DNA from: Pseudomonadales bacterium | Lineage (GTDB): Bacteria > Pseudomonadota > Gammaproteobacteria > Pseudomonadales > JAUIET01 | Length of the DNA: 64,000 nt | Assembly: GCA_045106985.1 (NCBI GenBank) | Contig: JBGCFQ010000033.1 | Coordinates: 15,206-79,205, forward strand | Reading direction: 5' to 3' | Part shown: one piece after another, positions 49,305-58,576 of the stretch | How positions within the stretch are numbered: position 1 is the first letter of the stretch | Layout of the letters: each line of letters starts with the position of its first letter | Program-made: the position numbers and the translations under genes | The notes under the pieces: generated by a model | Seen by the model: only the letters and a program-made list of their open reading frames with translations | Told to the model about the DNA's origin: nothing | Databases searched by the model: none

Positions 49305-49424
49305 CCAAGGGCCTTTTCTTCGACAGCTGACCCGTCGTCCGAGGGCCCGTCCGTCACAAGAACACCAGCCGCCTTTGCTTCGAGTCCCAACCCATCTTGG
49401 GTACCCTCCATCACAAAAAGGCCT
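49305..49424 (+). repeat. two tandem, roughly 70% identical 60-nt units (further degenerate partial copies up to about 49480)
   Basis: Unit 1, 'ccaagggccttttcttcga...tcacaagaaca', aligns with unit 2, 'ccagccgcctttgcttcga...tcacaaaaagg'. The period is 60 nt, or 20 codons. Confidence 0.6.
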
Positions 49425-49564
49425 GCACTACGCTTGTCTTTTTTGCTCCATCGGTTGGGCCTTTTTATCTACGCAAACGCCCCTGGCGTTCTCGTGACTT
49501 ACCAAGTACCAACTCCGATATGCGTTAACTTAACGATGAGAGCTCGGCCGTGATACCAAACGAG

Positions 49565-49708
49565 CCACGGTATCGGGTACTGCTTTTGTGAAGGTGAAAG
49601 ACGCAGGCCGAAGGAGTAGAAAAGACTAGCGCAGTGACGGCTTTTCTACGAAAGAGGGAATCCTGGAGGGAACAAGTCTCGCAACAAAAGCAGTGCTCGG
49701 TAGCGTGG
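49565..49708. other. 144-nt element with 25-nt imperfect inverted arms enclosing a purine/GGA-rich core and an internal 9-bp hairpin (candidate structured sRNA or MITE-like relic)
   Basis: Arms 49565-49589 (ccacggtatcgggtactgcttttgt) and 49684-49708 (acaaaagcagtgctcggtagcgtgg) give 21 WC pairs, 3 G-U pairs and 1 mismatch. The inner hairpin is GTAGAAAAG (49616-24) / CTTTTCTAC (49641-49). Confidence 0.6.
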
Positions 49709-49782
49709 CGCACTACGAAGCTACGCGCTTGCAAAACCCGAACTATTAAGTATTTGTCGTATATACTCTAGTTAAACTGGAG

Positions 49783-50505
49783 CTAGCTCTGTAGCTTTTC
49801 GCACCACATTAACGTCGCCCCACAAACAGCGGCTGGCATCACGAAGAAATTAAGGATTGGAATCATTGTCGCAAGTGTTACGCCTGCGCCAAAACTGAGT
49901 GTAAGCGTGCGGTTAATGCTGAGAGATTGTCGAAGCATGCCAAAACTTATTCGGTCGTTGTCGGCCGCGTAATCGGTGTACTGGATTGACATCATCCATG
50001 CGCCCCAGAGAAACCATAAAACTGGCGTTAGTACATTCAGCCCTGGTATCAGGGTTAGAATCCAAATAAGCAGCGCCAAGGGCAAGATATAGACCAGACG
50101 TGTCACTTCACGCACTAAGCTGCGCGGAACCGAAGCGGCTACTCCAACCCAGTTGTCCGACGCACTTACCGGTGCCGTGCCTAAGCTACGCTCTGCAACA
50201 TGTTCAGCCAATATAGCGTTAAACGGCGCGCCGATAATGTTTACCAATATAGTGAAGCTGAAGATAACGATAATGAGCATCAGCACTATAAACAGCGGCC
50301 ACAGTATGAATTCCAAAAAGCTTAGCCACGAAGGTATCTGCGCGAGAAGGTAGTCTGTCCAGTAATTGAATTCTGTTGTGGTGTATGTGATTAGGCTGGC
50401 GAACAACACCACATTAATTATTAAAGGACCGGCCGCATAACGGCGTATGCCATCTTCCTTCAGCATCTTAAAGCCGCGGATCAGGTAGCTTAGTCCTTCG
50501 TTCAT
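49783..50505 (-). CDS. cysZ: sulfate transporter CysZ
   Basis: 240 aa. 'YLIRGFKMLKEDGIRRYAAGPLIINVVLF' is the characteristic CysZ N-terminus, followed by multiple TM segments. Confidence 0.85.
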   Translation of the reverse strand: MNEGLSYLIRGFKMLKEDGIRRYAAGPLIINVVLFASLITYTTTEFNYWTDYLLAQIPSWLSFLEFILWPLFIVLMLIIVIFSFTILVNIIGAPFNAILAEHVAERSLGTAPVSASDNWVGVAASVPRSLVREVTRLVYILPLALLIWILTLIPGLNVLTPVLWFLWGAWMMSIQYTDYAADNDRISFGMLRQSLSINRTLTLSFGAGVTLATMIPILNFFVMPAAVCGATLMWCEKLQS

Positions 50506-50526
50506 TTTAAACGTTTACTCTTTTAT

Positions 50527-50826
50527 TTATGCCGCGCTTTTAGCGCCATGGTCTGCAAGCAACTGTGCGAATTCTGTGCCGTGTCGATGCTCGCCCACAA
50601 TCTCCAGTACCGTTTGGCCATCAGGATTGGCGGCATTAATGTTGCGTTCTTCAGCGAGGAAAAACCGAAGAAATATCTCAAAATCGCTGGGCCGCATGCT
50701 TTGGTAGGCCTTCAACAAAACATGAAAATCAGCATCAGTGCCTGCGGTGGGTGAGTAGTTTAGAAAGCTGCGCACACGGTCTTCAGTCCATACTTCATCA
50801 AGTACTTTTTCTTTGTCTTTTCTCAT
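50527..50826 (-). CDS. conserved small hypothetical protein
   Basis: 99-aa ORF tightly packed between gatB and cysZ with coding-like composition. I am not confident of any family. Confidence 0.5.
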   Translation of the reverse strand: MRKDKEKVLDEVWTEDRVRSFLNYSPTAGTDADFHVLLKAYQSMRPSDFEIFLRFFLAEERNINAANPDGQTVLEIVGEHRHGTEFAQLLADHGAKSAA

Positions 50827-50833
50827 TCGTGAA

Positions 50834-52294
50834 TCAACTGCCCTTTAGTTTTTGATTGAGTAACTGGTTTACTTGGCCAGGGTTTGCCTTGCCTTGCGAC
50901 GCTTTCATTATTTGCCCAACGAAGAAGCCAAGCATTTTCTTGCGCTTTTCATCAGGGCTATTGCGATAATTTTCCACCTGCTGGGGGTTGGCGGCAAGTA
51001 CTTCATCCACCATTTTTTCTATGGCGCCGCTATCAGATACCTGACGTAAACCCTTCTCATCGATAATCTGATCAACCCGCTGTGCCTCATTGCTGTCGTC
51101 TTCCCATAGAGCTTCAAATACGTTTTTGGCGATTTTCCCTGATATGGTTTGGTCTTTTATGCGCTCTATCAATTTTGCCAGCTGCTCGGCGCTGACACGG
51201 GTATTTTCGATGTCGACCTCAAGGCGGTTCAGTTGCGCTGACAATTCGCCCATTACCCAGTTTGCCGAGAGTTTAGGGTCCGAGCTTAAGGTGCATACTT
51301 GTTCAAAGTAATCAGCTACCTCACGCTCCGCGGCCAACAGTTGCGCGTCGTAGTCGCTGAGTGAATACTCGCTAACAAAGCGTGCCACTTTTTGCTTGGG
51401 AAGCTCAGGCATTATTGCAGCAACATCGGCTATGTAGGCGTCGTCAATCTCGATGGGAAGCAAATCGGGTTCAGGAAAATAGCGGTAGTCATTGGCCACT
51501 TCTTTGCTGCGCATTGGCCGTGTTTCGTTTTTATCGGCATCGTACAGGCGCGTTTCCTGAGTGATGCTGCCGCCGTCTTCCAATACATCGCGTTGCCTTT
51601 CTACTTCAACGTAAATTGCTTTCTCAACGAAACGAAACGAGTTGACGTTCTTTATTTCTGTCCGGGTGCCGAACTCTTGCTGGCCACTGGGTCTTAGAGA
51701 GATGTTCACATCGCATCGCATGGAGCCTTGCGACATGTTGCCGTCTGAGATTCCCAGGTAGCGTACCAACGAATGCATATACTTCAGATAGGCTACAGCC
51801 TCCTCAGCGCTGCGAATATCGGGCTCAGACACAATTTCTAACAAGGGTGTGCCTGCGCGGTTTAGGTCAATGCCTGTGCTGCCCTGAAAATCCTCATGCA
51901 GCGACTTACCAGCGTCTTCTTCTAAATGGGCTCTGGTAACCCCAATGGTTTTGGTAGAGCCATCGCCTAATACAATGTCCACTTCGCCTTTACCCACTAT
52001 CGGGTGGTCCATCTGGCTAATTTGGTAACCCTTTGGAAGATCTGGGTAGAAATAGTTTTTGCGATCAAATGCAGAGCGTTTGCCGAGCTCAGCTTCAATG
52101 GCCAGTCCAAATTTAACCGCCATATGTAAGGCGCTTGCGTTGAAAACAGGCAGCGTACCCGGCATGGCTAGGTCGACCGCACTGGCCTGAGTATTTGGTT
52201 CTGCGCCGAATTGAGTAGAGGCGCCCGAGAATATTTTGGACTGTGTGGCTAATTGAACATGAATCTCAAGGCCAATGACTGTTTCCCAGCTCAT
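50834..52294 (-). CDS. gatB: Asp-tRNA(Asn)/Glu-tRNA(Gln) amidotransferase subunit B
   Basis: '[15 protein letters not shown]' and '[15 protein letters not shown]'. ATGA overlap with the gatA stop at 52291-52294. Confidence 0.95.
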   Translation of the reverse strand: MSWETVIGLEIHVQLATQSKIFSGASTQFGAEPNTQASAVDLAMPGTLPVFNASALHMAVKFGLAIEAELGKRSAFDRKNYFYPDLPKGYQISQMDHPIVGKGEVDIVLGDGSTKTIGVTRAHLEEDAGKSLHEDFQGSTGIDLNRAGTPLLEIVSEPDIRSAEEAVAYLKYMHSLVRYLGISDGNMSQGSMRCDVNISLRPSGQQEFGTRTEIKNVNSFRFVEKAIYVEVERQRDVLEDGGSITQETRLYDADKNETRPMRSKEVANDYRYFPEPDLLPIEIDDAYIADVAAIMPELPKQKVARFVSEYSLSDYDAQLLAAEREVADYFEQVCTLSSDPKLSANWVMGELSAQLNRLEVDIENTRVSAEQLAKLIERIKDQTISGKIAKNVFEALWEDDSNEAQRVDQIIDEKGLRQVSDSGAIEKMVDEVLAANPQQVENYRNSPDEKRKKMLGFFVGQIMKASQGKANPGQVNQLLNQKLKGS

Positions 52295-53760
52295 GAGTTT
52301 GTCTCCTGCAGTACACCCGGAGCGCTCTGGGTGTGCCAATCGGTTGCGCCTTGAAAGCGGTGAGCAGCATTAAGTAATCGCTCCTCTTCCAGATAGTTGC
52401 CGATCAATTGCACGCCAACAGGTTTGTCATCAACAAGACCTGCGGGCATAGACAACGCTGGCAAGCCTGCCAGGTTTGCAGAAATGGTGTATATATCTTC
52501 CAAATACATCGAAACTGGGTCGCTGGCTTTTTCGCCAATAGGAAACGCTGGCGAAGGGCTCGTAGGGCCGATGATCAGGTCTACCTGTTTAAAAGCGTTG
52601 ACGAAGTCTTGTTGTATTAGGCGTCGTATTTTTTGCGCCTGGCGATAATAAGCGTCGTAGTAACCGGCAGACAAGGCGTATGTGCCGACCAGAATGCGTC
52701 GTTGCACTTCGTCGCCAAACCCTTCGCTGCGGGTGCGAGTGTACATGTCGTTGAGATCAGTGGGGTTTTCGCAACGATGGCCGTAGCGTACACCGTCGTA
52801 TCTCGAAAGATTGGTTGAGGCCTCAGCAGGTGCAATTACATAATAAGCGGCTACTGCAAGATGGGTGTGCGGTAAGCTGATTTCGGTAATAACGGCCCCG
52901 AGTTTTTCATACTCTTTAATGGCGTCTTCCACTCTTTCTGCCGTGCCAGCATTTAGGCCCTCGGCGAAATACTCTTTTGGTACGCCAACCCGCAGACCAT
53001 CGATAGAATTGTTCAGCCCAGCACTGTAATCGGGAACATCGCGTTCTATGCTGGTTGAGTCTTTGCTATCAAAGCCTGACATCACAGACAACAGCAGGGC
53101 TAAGTCTTCGACAGTACGCGCCATTGGGCCGCCTTGGTCAAGACTGGACGCAAAAGCGATCATCCCGTAGCGAGAGACACGTCCGTAAGTGGGCTTTAAG
53201 CCGCTTATACCGCACATAGCGGCCGGCTGCCGTATTGAGCCGCCGGTGTCGGTGCCAGTGGCAGCGGGAACCAAATGAGCACTTACGGCTGCTGCAGAGC
53301 CTCCAGAAGAGCCCCCAGGAACACAGTCAGTGTTCCATGGGTTGCGCACCACGCCGAAGTAGCTAGTTTCGTTCGAGGCACCCATGGCGAATTCATCCAT
53401 GTTGGTCTTGCCAATCATCACGGCACCTGCTTCGTTAAACGCAGACACACTGGTGGCATTATAAGGTGGGACAAAATTTTCTAGCATGCGTGAACCGCAA
53501 CTGGTGCGCACGCCGGAGGTACAGAAGATGTCTTTGTGGGCGATGGGGATGCCACACAATGGACCCGCGAGGCCTTGGTGTCGCCGTTGGTCGGCGGCAA
53601 TGGCCTGTGCAAGCGCCTGTTCTTCGCACACAGTTATAAAACTGTTGTACTTGCTGTCTTCGCTCTTGATCCGTTCAAGCAAGTGAGCTGTTAACTCCTC
53701 ACTTGAGAATTCGCCCGCTGCCAAAGCTTGGCTGAGCGCGGTTACGGTCATATGATGCAT
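52291..53760 (-). CDS. gatA: Asp-tRNA(Asn)/Glu-tRNA(Gln) amidotransferase subunit A
   Basis: Amidase signature '[11 protein letters not shown]' and '[12 protein letters not shown]'. Confidence 0.95.
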   Translation of the reverse strand: MHHMTVTALSQALAAGEFSSEELTAHLLERIKSEDSKYNSFITVCEEQALAQAIAADQRRHQGLAGPLCGIPIAHKDIFCTSGVRTSCGSRMLENFVPPYNATSVSAFNEAGAVMIGKTNMDEFAMGASNETSYFGVVRNPWNTDCVPGGSSGGSAAAVSAHLVPAATGTDTGGSIRQPAAMCGISGLKPTYGRVSRYGMIAFASSLDQGGPMARTVEDLALLLSVMSGFDSKDSTSIERDVPDYSAGLNNSIDGLRVGVPKEYFAEGLNAGTAERVEDAIKEYEKLGAVITEISLPHTHLAVAAYYVIAPAEASTNLSRYDGVRYGHRCENPTDLNDMYTRTRSEGFGDEVQRRILVGTYALSAGYYDAYYRQAQKIRRLIQQDFVNAFKQVDLIIGPTSPSPAFPIGEKASDPVSMYLEDIYTISANLAGLPALSMPAGLVDDKPVGVQLIGNYLEEERLLNAAHRFQGATDWHTQSAPGVLQETNS

Positions 53761-53971
53761 TTAGTGTTCCTGAACTAATGTAAATCGAGTGCTCGCTACT
53801 ATGATACCAATCAGCGAGTCATGTATGCCCTAATTTTGGCTTGGGCTTTGGAATAGTGTGTCTATGACAGTGCTAGGGACTCTGTACCCGCCAGCGCTGT
53901 ACCCCGATGTTTAAACCACAGTTTTTACGTTTTGGCTGTGCTGCAGGCTATGCGAAGAGCGACTCAAAACC

Positions 53972-54259
53972 TCATTCTATAACTTTTGGCACCAGAAAAA
54001 GCCCTGCCTCGGTGGCCGGAGCGATGGCCTGAAACTGCTCGCGCTGATTCATCTCGGTCACCTGATCAACACGCAGCCGCTGTGTGGCATCAAACGGATT
54101 GGTCATGGGTTCAACAGCGCTGGTATCGACGGCTTGCATTTCATCGATCATCGTCAGGATGCTGGTTATTTTATCTACAACTTCATCTACACGCTCTTCA
54201 TCTATTGAAAGACGAGACAAGGTGGCGACTTTTTCGATATCTGATCGGTCTACCGACAT
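53972..54259 (-). CDS. gatC: Asp-tRNA(Asn)/Glu-tRNA(Gln) amidotransferase subunit C
   Basis: 95 aa. 'IEKVATLSRLSIDEE...MIDEMQAVDTS' is typical of GatC. Confidence 0.9.
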   Translation of the reverse strand: MSVDRSDIEKVATLSRLSIDEERVDEVVDKITSILTMIDEMQAVDTSAVEPMTNPFDATQRLRVDQVTEMNQREQFQAIAPATEAGLFLVPKVIE

Positions 54260-54491
54260 ACAACCTCCTGATGGACCTGACTACTGGCCGCGTATTGTAC
54301 AACTCAGCGGCGCTAGACGTATAAAGTTATCATATTTGCAGCTTGCCCTGAATGCCTTCGATTGCTAGAGTTCCCGTTTTTTTAGAATAGCTCTGACAAA
54401 GTTGCCATAATTGGCTATTTTTAAAGGGAATATTACAAGAATCCCAACAGCAGTTCATGCGTGGTGCTACCTTAAAGGGGCAGTACGTTAA

Positions 54492-55544
<1,053 letters not shown>

Positions 55545-55600
55545 ATAGGACACCACACTAGAGGCGCCCAAGCCTATGGCGCAACCCAGAGGCCGCAGTT

Positions 55601-56491
55601 ATCAAACCATTATTCCAGCGCATACCGTCGAAGGGCTTCCAGGCAATTCTGGTAGCTGTTATCGCGTTAACGCTGGTGGTGTTCGACCAAAAACCCGATT
55701 CCGTTAATCCCATTCGAAGTTTTCTTCATATGGTGACCACGCCATTCTACTGGCTGGCCGACATGCCCAAGCGTGCTTCAATCTGGAGCGAAGAGTCGCT
55801 GGTTTCTCGACGCAATCTGCTTGAGCAAAATGCAGGGCAGCGCATAGAGCTGCTAATTCTCAAAGGTAAGCTGCAAAAGCTAGCCAGTATGGCCGCTGAG
55901 AACGTGCGGCTACGTGAACTGCTTAATTCGTCAACGGTTTTAGACAGCAGCGTATTGGTTGCCGAGCTGATCAGCATATCGGCCGACCCACGCAGCCATA
56001 GAATTGTGCTCAACAAGGGCACGCGCGACGGCGTTTATCTAGGTCAGGCGGTGTTGGACTCTGAAGGCCTTATGGGGCAGATTATCGATGTAGGCCCAAA
56101 TATTAGCCGAGCCTTGCTGATTTCAGACAGTAGTCACGCTATTCCCGTTCAAATAAATAGAAATGGTGTTCGTTCTGTTGCCACTGGAACAGGATTACTG
56201 CATGAGCTTGAGCTGCGCTATGTGGCAGCTACGACCGACATTGTCGTCGGTGACTTGTTGGTCAGCTCAGGCTTGGGCCGACGATTCCCGGTGGGTTATC
56301 CGGTTGCAGACATTACAGAGGTAACGCTGGACCCAGGGCAGCCGTTCGCTACCGTGAAGGCTATGCCGCGAGCGCAGTTGAATCGATCCCGGCACGTTTT
56401 GTTGGTGTTTACTGAAGGAGACAGGCAGCGCACAGAGGCAGTGAACGAGCAAGACATCGACGCAAGTGGCATTGATGAAGAGAGCCCTTAA
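55601..56491 (+). CDS. mreC: rod shape-determining protein MreC (probable non-canonical ATC start; the first canonical start, GTG 55676, would remove the membrane anchor)
   Basis: The frame is open from 55562. 'IKPLFQRIPSKGFQAILVAVIALTLVVFD' matches the usual MreC 'MKPLF...' N-terminus plus TM helix. AGAGG lies 8 nt before the ATC at 55601. Confidence 0.8.
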   Translation: MKPLFQRIPSKGFQAILVAVIALTLVVFDQKPDSVNPIRSFLHMVTTPFYWLADMPKRASIWSEESLVSRRNLLEQNAGQRIELLILKGKLQKLASMAAENVRLRELLNSSTVLDSSVLVAELISISADPRSHRIVLNKGTRDGVYLGQAVLDSEGLMGQIIDVGPNISRALLISDSSHAIPVQINRNGVRSVATGTGLLHELELRYVAATTDIVVGDLLVSSGLGRRFPVGYPVADITEVTLDPGQPFATVKAMPRAQLNRSRHVLLVFTEGDRQRTEAVNEQDIDASGIDEESP

Positions 56492-56503
56492 TGAGCGCTG
56501 CTT

Positions 56504-56992
56504 ATGAATGAGCGCAGCACAGATGGCGTATGGGTGATCATTGCCAGTATAGCGATGGCACTGCTATTAATGCTGATCAATGTTCCAGAATGGCTGCGTT
56601 GGAGTCGGCCTGAGTGGGTGACCATTGTGTTGGTGTACTGGGTGATCATGTTGCCTCACAGGGTAGGAATACTGTTTGCTGCGTGCTCAGGGTTACTGCT
56701 GGATGTGCTAGAAGGTACTGTACTCGGTGAACATGCATTTGCGCTTGTAATCGTTAGTTACGCGACCTACTTGTTGTATCAACGGTTGCGAATGTTTGCG
56801 GTTTGGCAGCAGGCGTTCATCGTGTTTGTACTTGTGGGTATTCAGCAACTTGCTTGTCATTGGGTTGAGAATATCTCAGGCAGTCCTGAACAAAACCTCC
56901 TGTTTTTGCTGCCGGCTTTAATGAGCGCCGTATTCTGGCCCTTAATTACCGTGGCACTTGGAGCCCTGCAGCGCGTGTATGCCGTATGGTAA
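56504..56992 (+). CDS. mreD: rod shape-determining protein MreD
   Basis: 162-aa polytopic membrane protein directly after mreC. Confidence 0.8.
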   Translation: MNERSTDGVWVIIASIAMALLLMLINVPEWLRWSRPEWVTIVLVYWVIMLPHRVGILFAACSGLLLDVLEGTVLGEHAFALVIVSYATYLLYQRLRMFAVWQQAFIVFVLVGIQQLACHWVENISGSPEQNLLFLLPALMSAVFWPLITVALGALQRVYAVW

Positions 56993-57010
56993 ATGGCAGG
57001 GGGTGTGCTC

Positions 57011-58489
57011 GTGAGTGAGGAGATACTCATCAATGTAACGCCTGTAGAAACACGCGTTGCTTTGGTTGAAAACGGTATGCTGCAAGAGGTGCACATCGAG
57101 CGCGCCATGCGCCGAGGCATTGTTGGCAACATCTATAGTGGCAAAGTGGTGAGAGTTCTACCAGGCATGCAGGCTGCGTTTGTAGAAAACGGCTTAACGC
57201 GGGCCAGTTTTATTCACGCTAACGACATTGTTAGCCTGGACGACGATGGCATAGAAGACAGAAACGTCGCGCCGCCGTTGATTCAAGAAGCATTGCGTGA
57301 AGGAGAGAAGCTCCAGGTTCAGATCATTAAAGAGCCTATCGGGACAAAGGGCGCGAGACTGTCGACCCATATGTCAATATCGTCTCGTTTTCTGGTTTAT
57401 ATGCCACGCACTAACCACATCGGCATATCCCAACGTATTGAAGATGACGTTGAAAAGGATCGCTTGCGCGCCGCAGTTGAAGCCGCGATAGTCAGTGAAG
57501 GCTTAAGTGGGCAAGGCGGGTTTATCGTGCGTACAGTTGGTGAAGGTGCCAGCGAGGAAGATATTCGTTCCGACATGCGTTTTCTGAAACGACTATGGGC
57601 TTCGATAGCTAATCGAATTGGCAGCGAACCAACCCCCTCTATATTGTACGAAGATCTTGCGCTTTATCTGCGAACAATGCGCGATATGGTGCGTCCCAAT
57701 TTAGAAAAAATCCGCGTAGATTCTGAGGAAACTTTCGAAAAAATTCGCCAATTCGCGACTGATTTTATACCCGAGGTTAGCAGTTCGATCGAGCTGTATC
57801 GCGGAGAGCGACCTATATTTGATCTTTACGGCATTGAAGACGAAATACAAAAAGCGTTGAGCCGCAAAGTTCAATTGAAATCTGGCGGCTATCTGATTTT
57901 GGATCAGACGGAGGCAATGACCACCATTGATGTTAATACCGGCGCCTTCGTCGGACATCGAAATCTTGAAGAAACGATCTACAAGACCAACTTGGAAGCC
58001 GCTCAGGCCCTAGCGCGCCAACTAAGGGTTCGTAACCTTGGAGGCATGATCATTATCGACTTTATCGATATGAATGAGGAGGAGCATCGGCGCCATGTGA
58101 TCCGTACCTTGGAGAAGGCATTGGCACGGGATCACGCAAAAACGGCCATTAGCGAAATCTCTGATCTAGGGCTAGTGCAGATGACTCGCAAGAGAACCCG
58201 TGAGAGCCTGGAGCAAAGCCTGTGCGAACCTTGTAACGCGTGCCAGGGCAGGGGAACGTTAAAATCGGCTGAAACGGTTTGCTATGAAGTGTTTCGGGAG
58301 ATACTTCGTGAGGCCAGAACCTACGAGAATGACAGCTACCTGGTGCTGGCCTCACAAGCCGTGGTTGATCGGCTCTTGGATGAAGAGTCGCACAGCGTGG
58401 CTGATTTAGAAGAATTTACCGGCAAGAACATCAAATTTCAGGTAGAACTTATGTATACCCAGGAACAGTTTGACGTTATTTTACTCTAA
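57011..58489 (+). CDS. rng: ribonuclease G
   Basis: 'SEEILINVTPVETRVALVENG...RRGIVGNIYSGKVVRVLPGMQAAFV' aligns with the E. coli RNase G N-terminus. I prefer the GTG at 57011 after AGGGGG; an alternative ATG is at 56993. Confidence 0.95.
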   Translation: MSEEILINVTPVETRVALVENGMLQEVHIERAMRRGIVGNIYSGKVVRVLPGMQAAFVENGLTRASFIHANDIVSLDDDGIEDRNVAPPLIQEALREGEKLQVQIIKEPIGTKGARLSTHMSISSRFLVYMPRTNHIGISQRIEDDVEKDRLRAAVEAAIVSEGLSGQGGFIVRTVGEGASEEDIRSDMRFLKRLWASIANRIGSEPTPSILYEDLALYLRTMRDMVRPNLEKIRVDSEETFEKIRQFATDFIPEVSSSIELYRGERPIFDLYGIEDEIQKALSRKVQLKSGGYLILDQTEAMTTIDVNTGAFVGHRNLEETIYKTNLEAAQALARQLRVRNLGGMIIIDFIDMNEEEHRRHVIRTLEKALARDHAKTAISEISDLGLVQMTRKRTRESLEQSLCEPCNACQGRGTLKSAETVCYEVFREILREARTYENDSYLVLASQAVVDRLLDEESHSVADLEEFTGKNIKFQVELMYTQEQFDVILL

Positions 58490-58576
58490 GGAAAGATACT
58501 AACGGCTATGCTGGGTTGGTTTCTGTTCATGTTGCTACAGATACACTGATACTCAGCGCCATCACGTGAAAGACAT

